DNA of 64,000 nt from an uncultured virus (IMG/VR IMGVR_UViG_3300036399_001211) (Duplodnaviria > Heunggongvirae > Uroviricota > Caudoviricetes), in the IMG/VR virus record IMGVR_UViG_3300036399_001211. One strand, 5' to 3'. Positions 8,585 to 16,589 of this stretch are shown in pieces (the stretch's first letter is position 1; each line of letters begins with the position of its first letter). The position numbers and the translations under genes are program-made. Under the pieces are notes generated by a model. The model made no database searches. It saw only the letters and a program-made list of their open reading frames with translations, and had not been told where the DNA came from.

Positions 8585-9245
8585 TCGATCCAGAAAGTTC
8601 TTCATTGGCTACCGTGTTTTTAACACGTTGGACGAAGATACTTGTTACCCCCTGCCTAATCGGGTCTGGTGACAGTCCGCAACGGTTAGCTTTTTAAGAA
8701 CAGCACATCACACCATTCCCGTCCGACACGTCAAATTGTATACCAAGACTTCTCATTCTAATCACTAGTCCTCCAAGTATCTTATGGACGCATACATAAT
8801 AATCGAAGAAGTTCCCTATGGGTTAAATGTTGTTTCCGGAAACATTGCATTGTCACCCATCGCGGTAGAGCTTTCGAAGGCATCTGCGCTTGGTAAAAAA
8901 CACCCGCCAAAGTGTGCATGGATCTTACTTTCATTTCTTTGTACTTCAGAAACTACTTCTTGCAAGCAGAGGCATGGCGGGTCTGCTAAATAAAGCCAAT
9001 TGAGGTAAGCCTTTGTTGCGCTTCCCCACAAAGCAGGGTATAATCTACGCTTACAGGACAAGAGACGACTCCCATTTCCCCCAACCAGCTAAGATAAAAT
9101 GTCAAAGATCATTACCACTGATTCGCATAGCTGGCTCAATGGTCAAGCCTCTGTAGGTTTCTTACCTCTGGTAAAGAACAGTTTCCGATTTTGGTTTCGA
9201 CCGAGTATTCCCAGTCCCATTGGCTCATCGGGAACCAACTACCTT
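8585..9245 (-). ncRNA. candidate large structured non-coding RNA (~660 nt)
   Basis: GC-richer than flanks, no credible ORF, many complementary segments, starts just after a consensus promoter, lies 5' of the tRNA cluster; ends approximate. Confidence 0.7.
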
Positions 9246-9251
9246 ATAAAG

Positions 9252-9280
9252 ACTATATATTATTTTTTAACAATTGTCAA
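9252..9280 (-). promoter_or_regulatory. sigma70-type promoter TTGACA-N17-TATAGT driving the ncRNA/tRNA region
   Basis: Near-consensus, read directly. Confidence 0.8.
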
Positions 9281-9298
9281 TATTTTTAATTACTTACT

Positions 9299-9781
9299 TT
9301 ATACCACATCAAAAAGTTTACATAAACTATCTACTATAGACAAATTAGTATCAGTATTGTTTTTATTTGGTTGTTCTTCAAATCCAACTCCATAATCACC
9401 ATAAGGATCACCAATTTCCAAATCATTATTATCCGAAACAGAAACTTTTGGAGTCTCTTCTACAAAACCACCATTTAATTCTAATATAAGGATGAGAAGT
9501 TGATTTAAAACAATATCTTTTTCTGCACCGGAAACAAATTCTTCTATATCTTTTCTTTTAAATTTTCCGGATAGTTCTGTAAAAAAACATTCATAATTAG
9601 CAAATACATAATGAGGGAGATATTTCATTGTTATATTAGCACAGTCTTTTATAACATGATAGGCGGATTTGTTTTGAATTGTAATACCTGTCTCTGGATT
9701 ATTAGCGGCTTTTTTAGCAGCCGAAAATAATTTTGCTTCTTTTATCTTACTATTTTCTAAAAGTATTTCTATAAATTTCAT
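9299..9781 (-). CDS. hypothetical protein
   Basis: 160-aa ORF, ATGA overlap. Confidence 0.75.
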   Translation of the reverse strand: MKFIEILLENSKIKEAKLFSAAKKAANNPETGITIQNKSAYHVIKDCANITMKYLPHYVFANYECFFTELSGKFKRKDIEEFVSGAEKDIVLNQLLILILELNGGFVEETPKVSVSDNNDLEIGDPYGDYGVGFEEQPNKNNTDTNLSIVDSLCKLFDVV

Positions 9782-9960
9782 AGGTAGTTTGAAAATTCTT
9801 TATCTAGTTCTTCCAATTCTTTATTTATTTCAGATAACTCTTTCAAGAGTCTTTCGCATTCTTTTGGGTTTTTTTTATAAACATCCAAAATATCATCGGT
9901 CATATGTTTTAATTTAAATTTCGTATCTTCCACATCATCCAATTCTTTAAAAACATTCAT
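9778..9960 (-). CDS. small coiled-coil hypothetical protein
   Basis: ORF with overlapping junctions. Confidence 0.65.
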   Translation of the reverse strand: MNVFKELDDVEDTKFKLKHMTDDILDVYKKNPKECERLLKELSEINKELEELDKEFSNYL

Positions 9961-10136
9961 CGAATAACTTTCATTCCACCTGATTCAAGATTTGTTACTC
10001 TGTATAATGTATTTGTATTTGGATAATATTTGCTGTACTTCGCATGATATGTTTTAATTTCTTCCCTTGTTTTAAATGGAGATAGCATTACTTCATACCA
10101 CATTCCTTCGTTTTCTTTTCTTTCTAGTTTATACAT
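9957..10136 (-). CDS. hypothetical protein
   Basis: ORF 9957..10175; likely start MYKLE (10136). Confidence 0.6.
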   Translation of the reverse strand: MYKLERKENEGMWYEVMLSPFKTREEIKTYHAKYSKYYPNTNTLYRVTNLESGGMKVIR

Positions 10137-10137
10137 A

Positions 10138-11151
10138 TTAGTCTTTATAGTTTCGGTTGATGAGTTTAAATCCAAGTGGTCTGCGAGAAGAATAACCTTT
10201 CGGATAAGATGAAGGTCTTACTACAATTCCTTCACCTTCTAAACCACTTGGATATTTTTGTTTATCTGCGAGTTCTTGAAGTTTTTGCAATGGATTTACC
10301 CAAAGTTTTATTTGATCTTCTAAACCTAATTTACATACTAGCGGAACAACATCACAATGTAAAGAATTTTCGCAAAAATTTTTCATCTCTTCATATGTCA
10401 TGTATTTTTTGTTTTCGCTAATCTGGAATACGAAAATCTTAACATCTTCCAATTTAAGCTGGTTGCGTTGAATTCCATTTCCACAAAGTTCTCCAGCAAT
10501 AGTACCAGTCCAATTTTCTGGAATAGTTAGCTTTCGTGCGGCTTTCCAGAGTGTATTATTTTCGGTTTCTTTTTTGGATAAATTTCTTGTGCAAACTTGG
10601 GTGAGTTCTCCATTTTCAACAATTAGTGTTATAGAACTTCCATCCAATTTGCTTGTTACTGTGATATGAGAATCATGATTAAGAACTTTTTCAACCAATT
10701 TAGGATCATTCAGTCCATTGTCTTCATCGGTCTTAGAGGCTAAATGAGTAGGAAAATCACCCAATGTTTCTCCAGAGAGATTTGCCGGAATTTCTTTTAT
10801 ATATTTGGTGATTCCCAATAATTCGGTTAGATTTTCTCCGACCACAACTGTTTCGGTAAATTGATCAGGAAATTCACTCAGAGGAATAACCAAGCCGGAA
10901 CTATACTCTCCACGTAATTTAATATTCTTGAGCCTAATTGGTTTGTCTGGATTTTTCTGATCTACTAAAAATTCAGACCAAGTATATCGAGGAACAATAG
11001 TATCAATTGTAATGAATACCACTTTATCCCCCTCTTTATGAATTCCTTTTTTTACTACTGTTTGCCAGCCTAAAACTTCACAAAGTTCTAAAGAATCGGC
11101 ATTATCGTGATTTTTTATAGATTTAATAACTTCTATTGATGCAAGTTTCAT
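10138..11151 (-). CDS. RNA ligase, DRB0094/DraRnl family (Rnl2-like, N-terminal OB-like domain)
   Basis: LASIEVI...NADSLELCEVLGWQTVVKKG N-terminus; KTDE; KLDGSS; GELCGNGIQRN; EGIVVR; FKLI. Confidence 0.88.
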   Translation of the reverse strand: MKLASIEVIKSIKNHDNADSLELCEVLGWQTVVKKGIHKEGDKVVFITIDTIVPRYTWSEFLVDQKNPDKPIRLKNIKLRGEYSSGLVIPLSEFPDQFTETVVVGENLTELLGITKYIKEIPANLSGETLGDFPTHLASKTDEDNGLNDPKLVEKVLNHDSHITVTSKLDGSSITLIVENGELTQVCTRNLSKKETENNTLWKAARKLTIPENWTGTIAGELCGNGIQRNQLKLEDVKIFVFQISENKKYMTYEEMKNFCENSLHCDVVPLVCKLGLEDQIKLWVNPLQKLQELADKQKYPSGLEGEGIVVRPSSYPKGYSSRRPLGFKLINRNYKD

Positions 11152-11157
11152 ATAAAA

Positions 11158-11186
11158 AATGTATCAGAATATAAAAACTTTGTCAA
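11158..11186 (-). promoter_or_regulatory. sigma70-type promoter TTGACA-N17-TACATT, 6 nt before ligase ATG
   Basis: Read directly. Confidence 0.7.
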
Positions 11187-11425
11187 TGGTTCTTTTTTCT
11201 TTTTTTGTCCTTTGAGAATATTTTATTAGGTGCTATACAAAATTCATTTAAATAGCAATCATCACAATCTCTGTTTTTGAGAAATATGTCTGGTCGTAAA
11301 CATGACCCTCTTGTTATCTCTTCACATAATTGTTTATTCTTGGAAAATCCTACTTTCTTTTTAGGTTCTTCTATTTCTGGTTTAAGTATTATTCGTTCAA
11401 CGATTTGTTTTTTCTTTCTACCCAT
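11183..11425 (-). CDS. small basic Cys-rich protein
   Basis: C..C..CDDC..C pattern, Lys-rich ends. Confidence 0.65.
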   Translation of the reverse strand: MGRKKKQIVERIILKPEIEEPKKKVGFSKNKQLCEEITRGSCLRPDIFLKNRDCDDCYLNEFCIAPNKIFSKDKKRKKNH

Positions 11426-11430
11426 AACTA

Positions 11431-11883
11431 TTATTTATGTTCCGTGTATACTATTTCCGATTCATCAAATATTAATTTACTTATTTTTATAGATTCTTTC
11501 CATCTTTCAAAAAATTCAGGATCATTGTTTTTATAATATATTTTCTTTATTCCGGCTTGGGCTATAGATTTTGCACATTCATTACAAGGAAAATACGATA
11601 CAAATAGTGTTCCATTTTTAACATTTATTCCATTGTGCGATGAATTTAGTAGAGCATTCATTTCCGCATGTACAATTAGTTTATATTTTAATTCTCGATT
11701 CTCATATCTTTCGGCTAGATCTTTTACTTTTCTAGGGAATCCGTTCCAACCGATTAATGGAACATCAGAATTTTCTGGTATGATTACTGCTCCTACCTTT
11801 GTTTTATCATAAGACCAAGAAGCAGCTAAATCAACTAACTGAAACCACCTGTTGATCCACTTTAATTCTTTTTCCATATCCAA
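11431..11883 (-). CDS. cd: dCMP deaminase
   Basis: KVGAVI, GWNGFP, HAEMNAL, PCNECAK. Confidence 0.92.
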   Translation of the reverse strand: MDMEKELKWINRWFQLVDLAASWSYDKTKVGAVIIPENSDVPLIGWNGFPRKVKDLAERYENRELKYKLIVHAEMNALLNSSHNGINVKNGTLFVSYFPCNECAKSIAQAGIKKIYYKNNDPEFFERWKESIKISKLIFDESEIVYTEHK

Positions 11884-12938
11884 TTTGGTTCTACAAAGAT
11901 ACCCTCTCTATCAGATTTGCTATTTGTTCTTTTCATCATTCGGTAATTTAAATTATCAACTTTAGTAGAATTTGTCAATCCATTTATAAAATCATTCATA
12001 GGATCGCAGATTCTGTTGATTGTATGATTGCAGTAAACATCACTTATATTGATAGATAGGTGTCCACCGGATTTTAAAATTTTCCATGATCCTTCTAATA
12101 CCGGAAATAAAAATCCGTTTAGCCATTTGTCGATTTTTTTGTATCTCTGCCAAGATTGTGAAGAGTCCTTGGAATAGCGTTCGATTATAAAATAAGGAGG
12201 ACTGGTGAATATTAGATCAAATTCATCATTTAGATTTTTAATAGCATCTTCGGCTGGTTCTGGAATCATTTGAATATTTTTACCTTTACCAAAAAGTTCG
12301 ATTTGTTTATTGTAATTTTCGACTAAATTTTTATTTGGATCTATTCCGGTATAAGATTTAACATAATCCGATGCCATTGCTCCGGAAAGTCTATCTCCCC
12401 AACCAGAACTAAAATCCAATACCGTTTCAGCCTTAAAGTAATCGTACATAAATTTTGCGGCTGATGGTCTAAATTGGCTGGCTATGTATTTTCTAAGAGC
12501 TATACAGGTTCTCAATGTTTCTGATGTAACCTCTTTAACCTTTAAGGTCCATAGAGCATTTAAAAGAGTCATGAAAAATTTATTATCGTTCCATGTTCTA
12601 TATGGCGATGGAGAATTTATGGAATCACACTTAAATCTTAAATCTTGATGAAAATAATTGGATGACTTATTTCCGACATTGCAAGAATCTATATAACTAT
12701 TACCCAATTCCCATTTATATTCGTATCTACTAAAAAGATTATCACTTTTTAGTAATGGTGTTGTATCTAATTCTTTTAATTTTTTGAAATCTTCTAGTGC
12801 ATCAATTTCTTCGATTTCTACCAAAGGAACCTGAAAATTTCTTGTTTTTTCCCATACAAGCTCTTTTATGGAATTATCTGGTTTTGGAAAGTCTTTTAAT
12901 ATTTCCGACCATTCTTTTTGGTTATATATTACGAACAT
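11862..12938 (-). CDS. amino-DNA methyltransferase (m4C or m6A)
   Basis: QFRPSAAK, VLDFSSGWGDRL (SAM binding), FTSPPYF (catalytic). Confidence 0.85.
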   Translation of the reverse strand: MFVIYNQKEWSEILKDFPKPDNSIKELVWEKTRNFQVPLVEIEEIDALEDFKKLKELDTTPLLKSDNLFSRYEYKWELGNSYIDSCNVGNKSSNYFHQDLRFKCDSINSPSPYRTWNDNKFFMTLLNALWTLKVKEVTSETLRTCIALRKYIASQFRPSAAKFMYDYFKAETVLDFSSGWGDRLSGAMASDYVKSYTGIDPNKNLVENYNKQIELFGKGKNIQMIPEPAEDAIKNLNDEFDLIFTSPPYFIIERYSKDSSQSWQRYKKIDKWLNGFLFPVLEGSWKILKSGGHLSINISDVYCNHTINRICDPMNDFINGLTNSTKVDNLNYRMMKRTNSKSDREGIFVEPNWIWKKN

Positions 12939-12946
12939 CTATATAC

Positions 12947-12975
12947 ATCATACATAGTGTTTATAGCCGTGTCAA
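12947..12975 (-). promoter_or_regulatory. sigma70-type promoter TTGACA-N17-TATGAT
   Basis: Read directly; 8 nt before ATG. Confidence 0.75.
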
Positions 12976-12979
12976 TATT

Positions 12980-13726
12980 TTAGGTATTTATTATTTGAGA
13001 TTTTGATTTTTTTGCGGCATCATTATAAGATGTTTTAGCTTGATTTTTTGCAAAATTTTTATATCTTTTCCATAAGCTAGGTTTCTTTTTTTCGTCGCTA
13101 AAAATTTCCCTCGACTTACTAGATGGTAGGTTTGTTTTTTTATTATTTGTAGGTGGTTGAGTTGGATTAGGTGGTTGAGTTGGATTAGGTGGTTGAGTTG
13201 GATTAGGTGGTTGAGTTGGATTAGGTGGTTGGGTTGGATTAGGTGGTTGAGTGGATTGAGCGTTAGGAAGATTGGCATTCGTTTTATTTATACCGCCTAT
13301 ACTTTCATAATAATCGGCTAATGCATCATATATGAAATCGCCACTACTTTGTTCGTCTAGTTCGTCGGTATAGCTAAGATTACCATTACGGGAATATTCT
13401 AGTGCTAAAGGATCAACAATTTGTGATGTATCTATTTGCGGATAATTTCTTTTTAAGAAATCAGCCAGATAATCCAGTGTTATCGGTATAGGAGAATTTC
13501 TTGATGTTGCGTTATTTGCTTCCCAATCATTTTCTAAATCTCCCCAAACATCTCTATAAACATCCATCAAATTGTTTCGGGCTGTGCTTGTCGGATGTTC
13601 TAATGGTCCTCCTGCCATTCGGTCCCATGCTCCTTGAATCATGCTTCTTTGTCTAGGTGCAGCTTCATTTAAAAGTATTTGGTTAGTATAAATATCTTCT
13701 AATAAAATTGTATCAGAGTCTCGCAT
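12980..13726 (-). CDS. hypothetical protein with QPPNPT repeats, possible internal head protein
   Basis: N-terminus LLEDIY..ILLNE; TAAGTA 6 nt upstream. Confidence 0.75.
   Translation of the reverse strand: MRDSDTILLEDIYTNQILLNEAAPRQRSMIQGAWDRMAGGPLEHPTSTARNNLMDVYRDVWGDLENDWEANNATSRNSPIPITLDYLADFLKRNYPQIDTSQIVDPLALEYSRNGNLSYTDELDEQSSGDFIYDALADYYESIGGINKTNANLPNAQSTQPPNPTQPPNPTQPPNPTQPPNPTQPPNPTQPPTNNKKTNLPSSKSREIFSDEKKKPSLWKRYKNFAKNQAKTSYNDAAKKSKSQIINT
13148..13255 (-). repeat. 18-nt tandem repeat, about 6 copies, encoding TQPPNP
   Basis: ggttgagttggattaggt repeated on + strand. Confidence 0.9.
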
Positions 13727-13735
13727 ATCTAATAC

Positions 13736-13879
13736 TTATTTATATACATATATTTTTTTATTTTTTTTGATTATTGGAGATATTTCAGATTTTTCCCATT
13801 TTATAACATCAAAATTTTTTTTAAAATCCTTTTTATAGGTAGACCTATCGTTGTCTCCTTTTCCAGCATTATTATTCAT
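13736..13879 (-). CDS. 47-aa phage peptide (MNNNAGKGDNDRS...NFDVIKW)
   Basis: Manual translation; GKGD..R...N.D.I.W motif seen in small phage proteins; below ORF-track cutoff. Confidence 0.65.
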   Translation of the reverse strand: MNNNAGKGDNDRSTYKKDFKKNFDVIKWEKSEISPIIKKNKKIYVYK

Positions 13880-13929
13880 TATTAATAATTTATTGTAATA
13901 TTTAAAAAATCAATAAAAATATTCGTTTT

Positions 13930-14169
13930 CTATTCTATCGAAGAAGAAAGTTCATTTTCTAAAATATATTGATCCAATTCTTCTTTGGTATCTGCAACAA
14001 CTAAATTATTTGCACATGTATGTGAGCCAGAACACTTTTGCGGTTCTATTAAAATATTTTTATTTTCTTCATTATATAGCATTATCCATTGATCTTCTGA
14101 AACATCTATAACTGCACGTTTATATACATTAATCATAAGCTTTACGGTTGATTTATTTGAATATCCCAA
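13930..14169 (-). CDS. hypothetical protein, possible fibre-associated chaperone
   Basis: ORF directly after LRR gene; true start may be internal. Confidence 0.6.
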   Translation of the reverse strand: MGYSNKSTVKLMINVYKRAVIDVSEDQWIMLYNEENKNILIEPQKCSGSHTCANNLVVADTKEELDQYILENELSSSIE

Positions 14170-15350
14170 GGACCACCTACTCTAGAAACTAGAGCTAAGT
14201 TTTGATATGAAGCATAACCATCAGAATTGTTGGTTGTTCTTCTCATTCTTACTGTTCCTGCTCCTGTAGCAGTCCCTGAAGAGATTGTATTATATTGAAA
14301 TTGATTAGGACCGTTAACTGTTACAGTGAACGTTCCTTGAAAAGCGGTAGGAGTAATTCCAGTAATCGTGACGATATTTCCGCTAGTGTGGTTATGATTC
14401 GTCACGTTTGCTGTTACTAAAGTTCCCGATTTAGTAAAATTAGATCCAAGCGATGTAGTAGTTACACCACCAGTATAACTTGGAGCAGCATTTCCGCTTC
14501 CTCCAATATACAATATCTTTGTTCCAGATGTTCTATTAGCTGCCCAAAAAGCATGTAAAATTAAATCAACAGCAGATGTTGTTAGTTGATTATTTTGAGC
14601 ATTGAAGGTTCCAGTATTTATTGAAATGCCTCCTGCGTTGTATCCTGAAAGAGAATTATAATGACAATAAAAAGATAATAAATTAATATTTGCAGTCAAA
14701 TCGGGTATGTTTCCAGACAATTGGTTATATCCACAATGAAATCTATTTAAATTTACGTTATTGTCTAAGCTTGGAATTGAACCCGTCAAAGAATTAGTAT
14801 GACAAAAAAAATTAGACAGCAGTATATTATTCGAAAGATTAGGGATTGGTCCCGATAAAAAATTAGTATCACAACTTAACGTCAACAAATTAGGTAACCC
14901 ACTTAAACTTGGAATAACTCCTGTTAATTCGTTTACTGAACACAGAAAATATTTTAATTGAGGGTTGTTATTTAAATTTGGAATTGGACCAGTAATGTTA
15001 TTATTATGACAATAAAATTCTACCAGTTCATTATTTGCATTTAAATTTGGAATATTTCCAATTAAATTGTTATTTTGTACATGAAAAGATACAAGTTTAA
15101 TATTTGAACTAAGACTCGGTATATTTCCTGTTATTTTGTTGTCATTGCACTTTAATATTTTTAAATTTGAGTTTTCATTATATCCACTTAAACTAATAAT
15201 ATCGTTACTAATACAAGTAAAGGACGTCAAATTTGGAAAATATGTTAAATTAACAGAACCGCTCAATTTTGGTAAACTCGTTCCGCAATTGATACTTGTT
15301 ACTTGATTGCTGTTATATTGCGGATAAATTGTAATGGAAGTGTTTGCCAT
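14142..15350 (-). CDS. leucine-rich repeat protein with C-terminal beta domain
   Basis: About 8-9 23-aa repeats N.LTG.IP.L..N..L..F.C. Confidence 0.85.
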   Translation of the reverse strand: MANTSITIYPQYNSNQVTSINCGTSLPKLSGSVNLTYFPNLTSFTCISNDIISLSGYNENSNLKILKCNDNKITGNIPSLSSNIKLVSFHVQNNNLIGNIPNLNANNELVEFYCHNNNITGPIPNLNNNPQLKYFLCSVNELTGVIPSLSGLPNLLTLSCDTNFLSGPIPNLSNNILLSNFFCHTNSLTGSIPSLDNNVNLNRFHCGYNQLSGNIPDLTANINLLSFYCHYNSLSGYNAGGISINTGTFNAQNNQLTTSAVDLILHAFWAANRTSGTKILYIGGSGNAAPSYTGGVTTTSLGSNFTKSGTLVTANVTNHNHTSGNIVTITGITPTAFQGTFTVTVNGPNQFQYNTISSGTATGAGTVRMRRTTNNSDGYASYQNLALVSRVGGPWDIQINQP

Positions 15351-15353
15351 AAA

Positions 15354-15596
15354 TTAAATAGTATATGTTTTGTTTATAGTTAGTCCAGAATTTATAGTAC
15401 TTACACTTTCATCTCCCCAATCAATATCTATTGTACCAGAAGGAACTGTTGTAACAGAAAATCCAGTAATAGTAGAATTTATTTCGGTGAATTGCCAAAA
15501 CCCACTTAATGATGGAAAAATTAAATTATTTCCAAGATAAATTCTAGAAATTTCTTTATTTCCTATATAACCATTTTGAATACTATTAAGAATCAT
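15354..15596 (-). CDS. small fibre-associated protein with IDWGD motif
   Basis: YIGNKEISRIYLGNNLI N-terminus; in frame with the LRR gene across one TAA. Confidence 0.7.
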   Translation of the reverse strand: MILNSIQNGYIGNKEISRIYLGNNLIFPSLSGFWQFTEINSTITGFSVTTVPSGTIDIDWGDESVSTINSGLTINKTYTI

Positions 15597-15598
15597 AT

Positions 15599-16276
15599 TT
15601 ATATAATAATATATAATGTTGAAGGATCTGGTGTTACTGGTAAAACCGATACAACAACAATGTTACTTACTGCACTAACACCAATTGTATTTGTTTGTGG
15701 CGTAAATACTGATTTATTGCTTCCAGAAAAATAATTTTGTGTAGCAGAAATGTTTCCAACAACAGTTAATTTAGCATTAATTCCTTCAACTGAACTCAGT
15801 CCTATACCAACACTACCAACATTATTAATAATAAATGGGCTACTATCTGGATTTGTTGAATCTTCAATGACAAGAGCATTTCCTGTTCCAGCTTGCGTTA
15901 TGCGAAGTGCTGGATTAGAGTCTCCTGTTGGTGATACTGTGCTAATTATCTGCGGATCAAGAAATGTATTTGTATCGTTTTTGTAAGCAAAAATGTACGG
16001 ACCTCCTGTTGTTCCCTTGAAGAATATATTATTTCCATTTGCAAATACATCTCCAGCAACAGTATTTGTTGAAATTTCTCCCGTCCCTAAATTCAAAGGA
16101 GATGATGCTGTTGTAGAGGTCATCAAGGTTAACTTCCCACTCATTGATCCTCCGGTAATTGGAAAACCGCCTAAAGCACTCAATGCTCCAGACACGGTTG
16201 TTGATCCCGTTCCACCGCCAGATATTGCACGAATACCATTTGTCTCTACTATTGTTCCGTTGAATTTCTTGTCCAT
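15599..16276 (-). CDS. tail fibre-like protein
   Basis: GGGTGSTT, PITGGSMSG, GSVGIG, KLTVVGNIS motifs; C-terminal PDPSTLYII. Confidence 0.7.
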   Translation of the reverse strand: MDKKFNGTIVETNGIRAISGGGTGSTTVSGALSALGGFPITGGSMSGKLTLMTSTTASSPLNLGTGEISTNTVAGDVFANGNNIFFKGTTGGPYIFAYKNDTNTFLDPQIISTVSPTGDSNPALRITQAGTGNALVIEDSTNPDSSPFIINNVGSVGIGLSSVEGINAKLTVVGNISATQNYFSGSNKSVFTPQTNTIGVSAVSNIVVVSVLPVTPDPSTLYIII

Positions 16277-16584
16277 TAGAAGCGTATTTGTTGGTGCTCT
16301 CCGTCAACTCGACAATTGATAATTCCAGTTCCATCGGGCATTAAAATATCTGCCGCAATAAGTTCCGAGCCGTTAATCTTGTGTTGATCATAGAGAGCCT
16401 GCGCTGTTTCGGCATCAGCCGGATCGGCCGCGATGAGCGACTCATTGCGAATCCGCTCTATAAGAGCTTTTTTAGCCTCACTCGACCCACTGTCTCGATT
16501 GTTTAATAAATCGCGCTCTTCATTAGTGACCTGCGGTGCAACTCTTTGTTTCCATTGTCCGTCTATTAATGATATGTTTTTCAT
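16276..16584 (-). CDS. hypothetical protein, probable partner of upstream fibre tip (GC-rich)
   Basis: TAATG coupling; composition matches the GC-rich 3' half of the upstream gene. Confidence 0.7.
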   Translation of the reverse strand: MKNISLIDGQWKQRVAPQVTNEERDLLNNRDSGSSEAKKALIERIRNESLIAADPADAETAQALYDQHKINGSELIAADILMPDGTGIINCRVDGEHQQIRF

Positions 16585-16589
16585 AAATT

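Noticed and set aside
8585..9245. tmRNA, RNase P or self-splicing intron
   Set aside because: No tRNA-like ends, no GAGGAAAGUCC core, and no interrupted host gene recognisable
8784..9395. Short ORFs 8784..8993, 8816..9061 and 9099..9395 as genes
   Set aside because: Atypical composition, mutually overlapping; region is better explained as structured RNA
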